Shown here in pieces: positions 1 to 9,699 of a stretch of 64,000 nucleotides of DNA; the stretch's first letter is position 1, and the number at the start of each line of letters is the position of its first letter. The notes beneath the pieces were generated by a model. That model saw nothing but the letters and a program-made list of their open reading frames with translations. It was not told where the DNA came from and did not search any database. Position numbers and translations under genes: made by a program. The stretch is from Candidatus Poribacteria bacterium. GTDB lineage: Bacteria > Poribacteria > WGA-4E > PCPOR2b. Location: NCBI GenBank assembly GCA_965116925.1, contig OZ220744.1, forward strand, positions 4,288,001-4,352,000. Reading direction: 5' to 3'.

Positions 1-529
1 CCCCCTGAACCGCTTCCTCAAACACTAACTCTCCCAACCGCAGCCCTGTTACCGTGACGAGGTGTTCCCGCGCAAACTCGCGAACGGTCAACTCACCCAA
101 ATACTTTGTCATTTCCACAATTTCCGGCGACGGGAGAGGTTTCCAGAGTTCGGTGATATACACATCGTCGGGGTAGTTGTTGAAAATAGATAGAGTGCTC
201 GCATAGATAAATCTCTTTATCCCCGCTTCAACCGCTGCGCTGAAGAGGACATGTGTGCCTCGTGTCGCCAAGTCTAGCAGCATCTGCTCACGCTTTAATT
301 CATCAGATGGCAGATCGGTCGGTGGTTCGCCGGTATGAATCAGGGTATCAATCCCCCGAACCGCTTCCCACGAATCATCGGGATCCAAGATGTTTCCCTG
401 AATAAAATCGCAGCCTTCTGCTGCGTGAACCGGTACACTGTCCATGAGGCGTACACTGTGGTCAGCCTTCAGTTCAGTCGCTATCGCCTGTGACAGTTGA
501 CTGGATGCACCGGTAATGAGAATATTCAT
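1..529 (-). CDS. NAD-dependent epimerase/dehydratase (extended SDR), 3' end outside window
   Basis: Not in ORF track; hand translation from ATG at 529: MNILITGASSQLSQAIA...AVRGIDTLIHTG...GIKRFIYASTLS...TKYLGELTVREF; GGAGG RBS upstream. Confidence 0.8.
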   Translation of the reverse strand, partial: MNILITGASSQLSQAIATELKADHSVRLMDSVPVHAAEGCDFIQGNILDPDDSWEAVRGIDTLIHTGEPPTDLPSDELKREQMLLDLATRGTHVLFSAAVEAGIKRFIYASTLSIFNNYPDDVYITELWKPLPSPEIVEMTKYLGELTVREFAREHLVTVTGLRLGELVFEEAVQG

Positions 530-664
530 TGAGTTACCTCCTTCGCATTTTCGTTCATCATATCAGACAACCCCGAACCTGTCAATTTTTTTCCTTTCTT
601 CCGCCGAAAGATGATATAATATTCTGAGTTATCATCCTGATAAACAGAGTAGTGCTTGGTAAAC

Positions 665-692
665 GTAGGGAATGCAGATTTGCGTTCCCTAC
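665..692. repeat. GTAG-type REP palindrome, family 1
   Basis: gtagggaatgcagatttgcgttccctac; variant of the perfect palindrome at 3051 and 8014. Confidence 0.75.
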
Positions 693-716
693 GGAGATAT
701 TAGAAAGGATAACTTC

Positions 717-3047
717 TTGCAAAACAGTCAGTATCGCCAAATCCAGAAAGTTGCTGTGGTTGGAGCGGGGACAATGGGATCTCAGATCGCTGCCCATATT
801 GCCAACGTTGGTATTCCGTGCGATCTGCTGGATATTCCGCCCACTGAGCTCACCGCTGAGGAACGTGCCAATCACTTGACACTCGACAGTCCCGCTGTGC
901 GGAATCGGATCGCACAATCGGCGTTGGATCGGATGAAAAGCGCGAAAACCCGCTCGCCGTTTTACGTCCCCGACGCCGCGGAGTTGATTCGGATTGGCAA
1001 CTTTCACGATCACGCCGAATGGCTGGCAGAGGCAGACTGGATTATAGAGGCGGTGGTCGAAAACCTTGATGTCAAGAAGCAGGTGCATGGGCGGATTGAC
1101 CGGCATCGCAGGCGCGGGGCACTTGTGAGTTCTAACACCTCCGGGATTTCGATTCGTGCAATCGCTGAAGGGCTCTCGGACGATTACCGGGAATGCTTTC
1201 TCGGGGCACATTTCTTCAATCCGCCGCGCTATATGTACCTAATCGAACTCATTCCGATGGACGCAACCCGCTCGGATATAGTCGAATTTATCTCCGATTT
1301 TGCGGAACACACGCTTGGTAAAGGGGTTGTCCGTTGTAAAGATACGCCGAACTTTATCGCCAACCGGATCGGTATTTTCTCAGTCCTGCACACCATCCAC
1401 CTGATGCTTGAAGAAGGATATACGATTGACGAGGTGGATGCGATTACGGGTCCACCGATGGGGCATCCTCGGAGTGCGACTTTCCGTTTGGGAGACATCA
1501 TTGGGCTTGATGTGCTCGTGGATGTGGCGAACAATGTCTACGAGAATGCACCTGACGATGAGCAGCGCGAGGTTTTTCGGGTTCCCGATTTTATCTTACA
1601 GATGGTTGAAAAGGGCTGGCTCGGCGAGAAAACGGGCGGCGGCTTCTATGAGAGGCGTCGCGGTGGAAACGGCGGTGAGATCTGGACGTTAGACTATAAT
1701 ACACTCGAATATGTGCCTCGTTCGGAGGTCCGGTTCGATTCGATCGGTGAGGTCAGACGAATTACAGACGCAGGGGAGCGACTGAAGCGACTGATTGACA
1801 GCGATGACCGTGCGGGCCGGTTTGCGTGGAAATGCCTCAGCCATACGATGCGCTACGCAGCGGCGCGCATCCCCGAAATCGCGGACGATATAGAGAGTAT
1901 TGACAATGTGATGAAGTGGGGGGGCAATTGGGAGCTTGGGATTTTTGAGGCGTGGGACGCAATCGGTGTATCGGAATCCGTTGAACGGATGAAATCAGAA
2001 AGCCATACGATTCCGCCGCTTGTTGCAAATCTGATAGATTCAGGGCGTACCTCGTTTTACAAAACATCGTCCAACAGCCAGCCCGTGAAATCCAATGCGG
2101 ACGCGAGCCTCATTGACATGGGCGATGGGGTCCTATGTCTTGAGTTTCACAGCAAGATGAACACGATTGATAACCCAAGCATTGAGATGATGTTTGAGGC
2201 ACTTGATGAGGTAGCGCGCAATTTTGAAGGACTCGTCATCGGGAATCACGCGGACAACTTCTCCGTCGGTGCGAACCTTGCCTTGATGCTTGAGCGGGCT
2301 CGAAACAAAGATTGGGATGCGCTTGAGGCGATGATCTCCGCCTACCAAAGGGCGAACATGAGATTCAGACTTTCCCCCAAGCCGGTAGTCGCTGCGCCCA
2401 CAGGTATGGCTTTGGGCGGGGGATGCGAAATTGCATTCGGGGCAGACCGCATCTGTGCTGCTGCCGAAACTTACATCGGTCTGGTTGAGGTGGGTGTTGG
2501 GCTTATCCCGGCTGCAGGCGGTGTAAAGGAGATGGCGATCCGCTGCCTAGAAGGCGTCCCGTTAGATGCGGACGCTGAACTGTTTCCGCACTTTAAGCGT
2601 GCCTTTGAAACTATCGCCTATGCCAAAGTATCTGAGAGTGCTGCGGGCGCGAAGCGGCTCGGCTATCTCCGTGAGACGGATGCTGTTTCAATCAATCGGG
2701 CGCATCACCTTCATGATGCCAAGCAGCTGGTACTAGCGATGGCAGCGGAGGGGTATCAGCAGCCTCAACCGAGGGGGGTATTTGTGCTAGGAGAAACGGG
2801 GCTTGACCGCTTGAGAGCGGAGATCGATCTCGCGCAACGCGCCGGGCAGCTCAGTGATCACGATGTGAAGATCTTGAATCAGCTTGCGTTAGTTCTTTGT
2901 GGTGGGGAGATTTCTACACCACAATCTGTATCCGAGGACTATCTCCTTGAGTTGGAGCGCGAGGCGTTTCTTAGACTCTGTGGTGAGGAGAAAACACATC
3001 AGCGGATCGAGTACACCCTCAAGACGGGGAAGCCGTTGAAGAACTAA
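717..3047 (+). CDS. fadN: 3-hydroxyacyl-CoA dehydrogenase/enoyl-CoA hydratase fusion (FadN-like)
   Basis: VAVVGAGTMG Rossmann motif, EAVVE, SNTSG, HFFNPP, KDTPNFIANR; C-terminal crotonase ALGGGCE and GLVEVGVGLIP; ends TGKPLKN. Start placed at in-frame TTG 717 behind AAAGGA because ATG 672 lies inside a REP. Confidence 0.9.
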   Translation: MQNSQYRQIQKVAVVGAGTMGSQIAAHIANVGIPCDLLDIPPTELTAEERANHLTLDSPAVRNRIAQSALDRMKSAKTRSPFYVPDAAELIRIGNFHDHAEWLAEADWIIEAVVENLDVKKQVHGRIDRHRRRGALVSSNTSGISIRAIAEGLSDDYRECFLGAHFFNPPRYMYLIELIPMDATRSDIVEFISDFAEHTLGKGVVRCKDTPNFIANRIGIFSVLHTIHLMLEEGYTIDEVDAITGPPMGHPRSATFRLGDIIGLDVLVDVANNVYENAPDDEQREVFRVPDFILQMVEKGWLGEKTGGGFYERRRGGNGGEIWTLDYNTLEYVPRSEVRFDSIGEVRRITDAGERLKRLIDSDDRAGRFAWKCLSHTMRYAAARIPEIADDIESIDNVMKWGGNWELGIFEAWDAIGVSESVERMKSESHTIPPLVANLIDSGRTSFYKTSSNSQPVKSNADASLIDMGDGVLCLEFHSKMNTIDNPSIEMMFEALDEVARNFEGLVIGNHADNFSVGANLALMLERARNKDWDALEAMISAYQRANMRFRLSPKPVVAAPTGMALGGGCEIAFGADRICAAAETYIGLVEVGVGLIPAAGGVKEMAIRCLEGVPLDADAELFPHFKRAFETIAYAKVSESAAGAKRLGYLRETDAVSINRAHHLHDAKQLVLAMAAEGYQQPQPRGVFVLGETGLDRLRAEIDLAQRAGQLSDHDVKILNQLALVLCGGEISTPQSVSEDYLLELEREAFLRLCGEEKTHQRIEYTLKTGKPLKN

Positions 3048-3050
3048 GTT

Positions 3051-3078
3051 GTAGTGAACGCAGATCTGCGTTCACTAC
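3051..3078. repeat. GTAG-type REP, perfect 28-bp palindrome (family 1)
   Basis: gtagtgaacgcagatctgcgttcactac is its own reverse complement; identical copy at 8014-8041. Confidence 0.9.
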
Positions 3079-3097
3079 GAACTCAGGTGATTATTTT

Positions 3098-3940
3098 ATG
3101 GAATTTGGTGAGTTTGAACTTTTTGTGGTAAGCGATGGCACATTCCGACTGGACGGGGGTGCCATGTTCGGCACGATACCGAAGGTGCTATGGGAACGCA
3201 CCCATCCTGCTGATGATCGCAACCGAATCCTCATGGGGCTAAATTGCCTGTTGATTCGGACGCCCACGGAGAACATTTTGGTGGATACCGGCCTCGGCGA
3301 TGCCTACGATGAAAAATTTGCTTTTCTGTACGGTGTTGACAAATCCGAGACGGATTTGCTGAGAAGTCTCGCAGCGGTGGGGGTACAGGCGGCGGATATC
3401 AATAAAGTTATTTTGACGCACCTGCATTTCGATCATGCCGGCGGGAATTGCTTTCAGGAAGAAGCCGGAGAATTTAGACCCACATTCCCGAACGCTGTCT
3501 ACTACATCAACGAGGGGGAGCTGGCGTATGCAAAAGATCCTGACCCACGCAGTAGCCCCAGCTATCTCCCATACACTTGGGAGCCGCTTGAAAAGCGGGG
3601 ACAGGTTGCGCCTATCTCCGGGGAGGTAGAGGTTGCCCCCGGCGTGGCGATACTGTCTGCACCGGGACATACACCCAACCATCAGATTGTTACGGTGAAA
3701 TCAGGGGGATTGACCGCGTGTTTTCTGGCGGACTTGGTCCCGACACCTTCGCACTTGAAAACACATTACGTAATGGGATTTGATCTTGACGCTTTGACTG
3801 CGATGAAAAACAAGGAACGGGTATTGAAACAGGCGCAGGCGGAAAATTGGCTACTCGTTTTTGAACATTCGCCGGGGGTCAAAGCGGGTTACTTGACTGA
3901 GGACCTTCAGGTTGAGCCCGTTGAACTCGCTTCCCTGTGA
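3098..3940 (+). CDS. MBL-fold metallo-hydrolase (YtnP-like lactonase family)
   Basis: LDGGAMFG, THLHFDHAGG, PGHT, ADLVP, FEH motifs. Confidence 0.9.
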   Translation: MEFGEFELFVVSDGTFRLDGGAMFGTIPKVLWERTHPADDRNRILMGLNCLLIRTPTENILVDTGLGDAYDEKFAFLYGVDKSETDLLRSLAAVGVQAADINKVILTHLHFDHAGGNCFQEEAGEFRPTFPNAVYYINEGELAYAKDPDPRSSPSYLPYTWEPLEKRGQVAPISGEVEVAPGVAILSAPGHTPNHQIVTVKSGGLTACFLADLVPTPSHLKTHYVMGFDLDALTAMKNKERVLKQAQAENWLLVFEHSPGVKAGYLTEDLQVEPVELASL

Positions 3941-4167
3941 GGATAGATGTGATATTTTTTGTTAATATCGTTCCAGTGGTGTAGGTTGGGTTGAACGGTT
4001 AAATGTGAATCTATGTCAAGGACAATAGTGGTGCTGCTTTTCAACAATAGTCCTTGATAGATAGGTATAGTGAAACCCAACACTCAATCCAACCAACAAT
4101 CAAGCGTTGGGTTTCACTATATTTGGGAGATTTCAAGCGGAATCAAGCCTCGCAATTCAAATGTAAT

Positions 4168-4322
4168 TAGGAGTTACGCACTTCGCTGGCAAACATCGCA
4201 CACCCCGTACAGGTTAGGCAACCTGTACCCACTATTACAGACTGGGAACCCCCAATTTCTTCAAGAGCAGGTGACGCGCCACGAAGGCAGCGGCGATATT
4301 TATATCAACTGCGTAAGTCCTA
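4168..4322. mobile_element. MITE, 155 bp, TIR taggagttacgca/tgcgtaagtccta
   Basis: Terminal inverted repeats with flanking direct repeat tgtaat; internal palindrome gtacaggttaggcaacctgtac (similar copy near 12900). Confidence 0.7.
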
Positions 4323-4329
4323 TGTAATA

Positions 4330-5268
4330 ACCCAAGTTGCTACCTATAATTGAGTAGTTGGTTGGAGTTAAAGTTGATAGATACTGCTTGCTAATACAAA
4401 CAAGACCACTTTCAATTCAAATCCTTGTTGTGTTACGGCATGAATCGAACGAGGCAGCAATCGCTCAATTAAACTGCCAGCGGTCTCGACAGACTTACGA
4501 TGGCAAGCCGCCACATAGGTCTCCCACTGTGGATAAGGTCGCTTGGAATTCTGTTTGCGTGTCGGCTTGAGGTCCACTCCAATGGTTGCCAATATATCCT
4601 CTATCTCATAGTTATTGTATGCTTTATCCCCGTAGACACAACTGCCCGGTGGTAAGTCAAAATCAAAATACTGTAATCCCTCGACATCACTCATGCTTGC
4701 TGGCGTTAGAAAAAACTCAACAGGCTGTTGGCTCGCTGTCACTAACAGGTGAACTTTCAAGCCATAGAAGTACCGACGCTTGGACGCTTGATACCCACGA
4801 AATGCCTCATCGGTATACAGTTTTGACCGACTAATGCGGATATTGTCACAGACCGCAATAGGCAGTGTATCTATCGCATAAATCTGCTGTTGATTGAGTT
4901 TTACATAACTTTCGGCTAAGATTTTGAACAATGTGATGAACATCGGTTTAATCCGATGCAACCGTCGATTGAAACGACTTTTTGACAGCATATTGGGGAT
5001 ATAGCCATGAGTGTGTAGAAAGTCACAAGTCACTTGGAAGTTACCACCGAAAAACAACGCAGCGACGACTCCGGTGGTCATGACCTCGGCGTCAGTCATC
5101 TGCGCCTGTGGAGAGGTTTTTGAGTTAAGTGCTTCTAACAGCTTGTCACAGAGATAGAAAATGGTTACAATTTGTAGGTCCATGGGTTTCTCCTTTTGAG
5201 GGGGTATGGGTGAATCCCCTCAAGTTTAACGGAAAACCCATGGATTTTCAATAACTAGCAACTTGGGT
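4330..5268 (-). mobile_element. IS982-family insertion sequence, 939 bp
   Basis: TIR acccaagttgcta/tagcaacttgggt; 9-bp direct repeat tatgtaata at 4321-4329 and 5269-5277. Confidence 0.92.
4368..5183 (-). CDS. IS982-family DDE transposase
   Basis: MTDAEVMT, SRFNRRL, IDT, YFYGLKVHL, GDKAY, RKSVET motifs. Confidence 0.93.
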   Translation of the reverse strand: MDLQIVTIFYLCDKLLEALNSKTSPQAQMTDAEVMTTGVVAALFFGGNFQVTCDFLHTHGYIPNMLSKSRFNRRLHRIKPMFITLFKILAESYVKLNQQQIYAIDTLPIAVCDNIRISRSKLYTDEAFRGYQASKRRYFYGLKVHLLVTASQQPVEFFLTPASMSDVEGLQYFDFDLPPGSCVYGDKAYNNYEIEDILATIGVDLKPTRKQNSKRPYPQWETYVAACHRKSVETAGSLIERLLPRSIHAVTQQGFELKVVLFVLASSIYQL

Positions 5269-5441
5269 TATGTAATATTCAGTATTTTTTTAGTTCCGTT
5301 CAACCCAACCTACTCTTAACTGCCAAATGTAGCGCGAACTGTTAGTTTGCACGCTAGGATCACAATCTAACAGATCGTGGTACAAAAGCGCACTTTCACG
5401 AAACAGTTTTTTGAACAGGAAGCGTCCCGATGAAAAACGGA

Positions 5442-5542
5442 GTTGGGTTTCACTCTATCTGTCTATAAACAGGTGTTGTTGGACGAGGGAGCCTCTATTA
5501 TCCTTAATAGGGATTGCCGTTTAACCGTTCAACCCAACCTAC
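5442..5542. repeat. Family-2 REP with a 72-nt loop
   Basis: gttgggtttcac...cgttcaacccaacctac; loop resembles the reverse complement of the 3998-4069 loop. Confidence 0.7.
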
Positions 5543-5570
5543 GGACTAGTAAATGTCAACAGAACCCAAG

Positions 5571-5619
5571 AGAAACCGAGTTTTGCCGAAAAAACTCGGT
5601 TTCTTTGGACGATTTCTTA
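5571..5619 (-). repeat. Palindromic repeat family (atgttaagaaatcgt..agaaaccgagttt..aaactcggtttct)
   Basis: Related copies at 35642-35697, 49097-49146 and a partial one at 25789-25818. Confidence 0.65.
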
Positions 5620-6505
5620 GAGCCTGTTTTAAAATTCATTTGATATGGTTTTGCATCAAGTAAATGGAAGCAATATACACCATAGCTTCAGCAGTCTGAG
5701 CAGACCGTTCATAGTCCACAGTCAATCGGCGAAACCAAGCGAACCAAGAAAAGGTGCGCTCCACAATCCATCGCAATGGGACCCCTGTAAATCCTGATTG
5801 CTTAACAGATGGCGCAATGTCCAATCGACACTGATGCGCCATATATAACCAGTCACCTAATTCTCCACGATAACCAGCATCAGCACAGACTAATTGAATC
5901 GTTATGTGCCAATTAAAGACCTCTTTGAGTAACTCTATTGCGACTTGATTATCACTGACATTGGCATCGGTGACCTTGACTCCCAATGGGATGCCAATGG
6001 TATCGGTGACTATATGACGTTTACGCCCTTTGACTTTCTTATGTGCATCAAAGCCGCTACTATCTGCCAGTTCGGTCGTCTTGACCGATTGGCTGTCAAT
6101 GATAGCGACTGTCGGTGAAGGGGCTTTGCCAATATCACAACGGATTTGGTTATGAAGTGCTTGATGAATCAGAATCCATGTGCCATCAGTTTTCCATTTT
6201 CTGAAACGGGAATAGACCGTTTGCCATGGTGGCATCTGATGGGGGAGCATTCGCCATTGACAGCCGGATTTGACTACATAAAAAATAGCGTTGATAATTG
6301 CGCGCAACCCCCATTTGAGCGGTCTGCCTACCGGTGAAGGTTCTGGCAGATAGGGTAACAGGTTGTCCCACTGGGCATCGGTCAAATCTGTGGGATAGGT
6401 TGTTTGGGTCATGTTTAGCCCTTTCATTGGAATGGTATTTACAGCTCCAATGAATAAACGTAAACATGAACTCTTGAGTAGAATCGATCTTTTTAAAACA
6501 GGTTC
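5620..6505 (-). mobile_element. IS5-family insertion sequence (IS1031-like), 886 bp
   Basis: TIR gagcctgttttaaaa/ttttaaaacaggttc (14/15 match); TTA duplication at 5617-5619 and 6506-6508. Confidence 0.9.
5636..6427 (-). CDS. IS5-family transposase
   Basis: YPTDLTDAQW, GCQWRMLP, IIDSQSVKT, KGRKRHI, ADAGY, RWIVERTFSW. Confidence 0.95.
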   Translation of the reverse strand: MKGLNMTQTTYPTDLTDAQWDNLLPYLPEPSPVGRPLKWGLRAIINAIFYVVKSGCQWRMLPHQMPPWQTVYSRFRKWKTDGTWILIHQALHNQIRCDIGKAPSPTVAIIDSQSVKTTELADSSGFDAHKKVKGRKRHIVTDTIGIPLGVKVTDANVSDNQVAIELLKEVFNWHITIQLVCADAGYRGELGDWLYMAHQCRLDIAPSVKQSGFTGVPLRWIVERTFSWFAWFRRLTVDYERSAQTAEAMVYIASIYLMQNHIK

Positions 6506-6545
6506 TTAATATGAGTGACAGCCGAAAGGAAAAAAAACAGAAAAA

Positions 6546-7927
6546 TGGTAGATAAGAAATACCTTCTCACTGACGACCAGATGCGCCACTTCATTGTTAA
6601 CGGTTATGTAATCGTCAACACGGATCTCCCAGCGAGTTTTCACGATTTCATTTATGAGCGAACAGAAGAGGTGTTTGAAAAGGAGGGTAATCCGGGGAAT
6701 AACCTGTTGCCTCGAATCCCTGAGATTCAAACGGTCTTTGATGATAAGTGGGTTATCGGTGGGTTAATCAGTGTTTTGGGTGAGGATTACTACATGCAGC
6801 CCCATCGCCATCCTCACTTTAATCGACCGAAAAGTGAAGGACAGCGAATGCACCAAGACGGTGGCAGGCGATGGTCGCATCACACGCGAAGATTGTTGGT
6901 TTTTTACTATCCACAGGATACGCCCATAGAGCTCGGTCCTACTGGAATCGTTCCGGGGAGTCACTACTATAATACCCCTGACGGCGCAACGGTCAGCGAT
7001 GAACTCCCGGTTTGTGGCAAAGCTGGCACGGTGGCGATTGTAAACTATGATTTGTGGCATCGCGGTATGCCGAATCGTACCGACAAGAACCGTTACATGA
7101 TGAAGTTCCTCTTTGCTCGCATGTCGGAGCCGGAGTCGCCTTCGTGGAATAACGAACAGGTGGAGTGGGATCAGCGTGATCCGATTGGCAATGGTGTACA
7201 CCAAAAGATGTTCCAGCACGTTTGGGACTGGCATCATGGAAAAACGAACGGAGATACACCGAGCAACGGTCAATCGATGCAATCTGTACCGAAACTTATC
7301 GAAGGGATGGGTGATGATTCGGAGTCAAAGGGTCTCAGTGCTGCTTATGCGTTAGGCGAATTTGGAGAGCAGGTGGTGCCTGCGTTGATGGAGGCGTTTG
7401 GGGGCGAATCCGAAACGGCACGGCGAAATGCCTATTATGCGTTGAATGCGATCGGCGCGCCTGCGGTTGACCCGCTCATAGGCAACTTGAAACACCTAGA
7501 TTCACAGGTGCGTGAGACCGCTGCGGAGGCGTTAGGAGATATTGGTTCTCCCGCACATGCCGCTGTTCCGGAATTAGTAGGAGTGTTGCAAGATGAATCG
7601 GAGGAGGTTCGTTCCCGTGCGGCGGAAGCGTTAGGGACAGTCAGTCAAGGAGAGTCAACAGCCATCCCCGCATTAAGCGCAGCACTACAGGATGGGGATG
7701 AAAGGGTCCGGCGAGATGCCCTCCTTGCATTGGCGCGGATTGGTTCCCATGCGGTTGATGCTGTTGATGCGTTGGGTGGGATGTTTTCCGATGAAAACCG
7801 GTATGTGCGCGGCGATGCGGTTCATGCTTTATATCGCATCGGTACGCCGGAGGCAAAGGAGGTTTTACTTCAATTTCTGATGAGGACTCGGTGGTGCCCC
7901 TTGACCAACCGAGAAAGCACGCATTAG
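6546..7927 (+). CDS. PhyH-family dioxygenase fused to HEAT (PBS-lyase-like) repeats
   Basis: N-terminal GYV..MHQD..GPT..PGSH..LWH..N..R; C-terminal repeats of the type VRxxAAEALG; start ATG 6546 or GTG 6515. Confidence 0.85.
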
Positions 7928-8013
7928 GGGGTGATACGGGGTTGCAGCTGCTGATACGGGATACGGTCAAAGATCGAGAATGCCTTGTAATAGCAGTTCA
8001 CCCCCTGTAGTTC

Positions 8014-8041
8014 GTAGTGAACGCAGATCTGCGTTCACTAC
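8014..8041. repeat. GTAG-type REP, perfect palindrome (family 1), between convergent genes
   Basis: Identical to 3051-3078. Confidence 0.9.
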
Positions 8042-8068
8042 AATCTGGTGGAGTGCATAAGTCCTGAA

Positions 8069-8830
8069 TCATTTCCCTTTTATCTCGTCCCAATCTACTT
8101 CATCTTCGTCCTTCTTTGCGTCGCTGTCATTGTTCCTCGCTCTGCCGCCACGACGGCCACCACCTCCACGTTCTCGTCGGATTGCCTCTAGCTTCCGACG
8201 ACGTTCTTCCGGTGAGGCGGTGCGTAACCACTCGCGCAATGCGTCGCGTTCCCGATTCGCCCCACGCCGTCCGGCTCTTTGAGTTTGGCGTTCATCATCT
8301 GAACGCTCTGCGGAAGCTTCAGAGTTTCCGCCTCCACCTGATTTTTCTCCTGAACGACTTGAACCGCTGAGAAACTGCATTGACTCCGCTTTGAGGGTTA
8401 CAATGTCATCTGAGGCTTTGAGGCTTACTTGATTCGCTGCGATGTTTTCGACAATTGCGTCGCCAACCTTCTCTCCTTGGGCTACATAATAGAGTTGGCT
8501 GGATTTTCGTTCCATCACGAGGGCTTTTGCAACTGTTCCTCGTGTGCCAATCCATGTGGCGACCAATGCGTATTCCGGATCTCGATTTGGTCTTTGCCAA
8601 CCCAGCGGACGGAACAGGTTATTTTCGATGATAACGCGATAGAAATCTCCACCGTTGTCTCGCGCTTCAACTTGCTTCCGATCCACGCGCTTTTCAACTC
8701 CGTTCCGACCCCGTTTCAAGGACTCCGATGAATCGGAGGATTTTTTAACCTGCGCGTACACGGATTGGGAGTTGGAGAACAACAAGCTCATAGCACAGCA
8801 CATCAATAAGACAGTGCACAAACGGTGCAT
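8069..8830 (-). CDS. Exported protein with GspC/PilP-like domain and Arg/Gly-rich tail
   Basis: Signal peptide; NLFRP..LVAT..ALV..YYVAQGEKVGDAIVENIAANQVSL resembles the T2SS GspC HR domain. Confidence 0.55.
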   Translation of the reverse strand: MHRLCTVLLMCCAMSLLFSNSQSVYAQVKKSSDSSESLKRGRNGVEKRVDRKQVEARDNGGDFYRVIIENNLFRPLGWQRPNRDPEYALVATWIGTRGTVAKALVMERKSSQLYYVAQGEKVGDAIVENIAANQVSLKASDDIVTLKAESMQFLSGSSRSGEKSGGGGNSEASAERSDDERQTQRAGRRGANRERDALREWLRTASPEERRRKLEAIRRERGGGGRRGGRARNNDSDAKKDEDEVDWDEIKGK

Positions 8831-9203
8831 TTGAATCTCCTCTCTGGTACATCATGTAACCGCATTTTTGCGATTGAATCGGCGTTTGCAGTGATTGTTG
8901 TTGGGTGATGCGGTAAACAACAAAGAACTTTCCATTGAGTAAGGTGCGGAGGTACTACAAACGCAAACTTCAAAATTAGACAATTTGACTTTAGCAGATT
9001 AAGAAGGTAAAATTTATGACTGAACCCTTAGACGCTAAACCTTATCTTTTTGTTCAGAAAAATTTTCGCACAGCACTTTCGCGCTCTCAATTTCGTCCAA
9101 TTGCAACAACTCAGGATTTACGCGCTCCAGACTGTAGTTGCCCGTTTCTTAATCCCGATTTATCTGGGATTCATCGGGCGTTGGCAACGGTGTCCAGTAG
9201 TGC

Positions 9204-9446
9204 GTAGGTTGGGTTGAACGCAGTCAAGAAATCCGATTTGGACACATCAAACACCTATCAAACTGGAGACTCTGTAGATAGCATCGAAGAGAGAGTGAAA
9301 CCCAACTTCATACCTCACGTTCCCGGACATCTGCTGGGAAAAGCGTTGGGTTTCACTCAGGTTTTTGAGATTTGAATGAGAGTTGTGCATCGGCATCGGG
9401 TTGTACGGTTGTTATTTTTATTTGACTTTGGTTCAACCCAACCTAC
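9204..9446. repeat. Family-2 REP doublet with 74- and 73-nt loops
   Basis: gtaggttgggttgaacg 9204-9220, gtgaaacccaac 9295-9306, gttgggtttcac 9345-9356, gttcaacccaacctac 9431-9446. Confidence 0.8.
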
Positions 9447-9699
9447 GTGTCCTCTACAGTGGTTACGGCATACGGAGTATGCCTATTACTATGTGGGTTA
9501 CTAGCAACTTGAGTTAAGATAAGTTGGGTTTCACTCAGGTTTTTGAGATTTGAATGAGAGTTGTGCAGCGGCATCGAGTTGTACGGTTGTTATTTTTATT
9601 TGACTTTGTTCAACCCAACCTACGTGTCCTCTACAGTGGTTACGGCATACGGAGTATGCCTATTACTATGTGGGTTACTAGCAACTTGAGTTAAGATAA
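9345..9699. repeat. Tandem duplication, 178 + 177 bp
   Basis: 9345-9522 vs 9523-9699 differ by about two substitutions and one indel. Confidence 0.92.

Larger units (their letters stand above)
3981..5313. repeat. REP doublet (family 2: gtaggttgggttgaacg..gtgaaacccaac) interrupted by a MITE and IS982
   Basis: Arms at 3981-3997, 4070-4081, 4106-4117 and 5297-5313; uninterrupted equivalent at 9204-9446. Confidence 0.75.

Noticed and set aside
672..716. ATG start of fadN in the ORF track
   Set aside because: It falls inside a REP palindrome; the in-frame TTG at 717 has an RBS and gives a normal N-terminus.
582..1211. 209-aa antisense ORF and the many other 60-190 aa ORFs overlapping called genes
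   Set aside because: They are shadow frames of well-supported genes with no recognisable motifs.
9204..9699. CRISPR-like repeat/spacer pattern
   Set aside because: Arms are inverted REP halves, the intervening sequences are related to one another or duplicated, and there is no regular direct-repeat array or cas gene.
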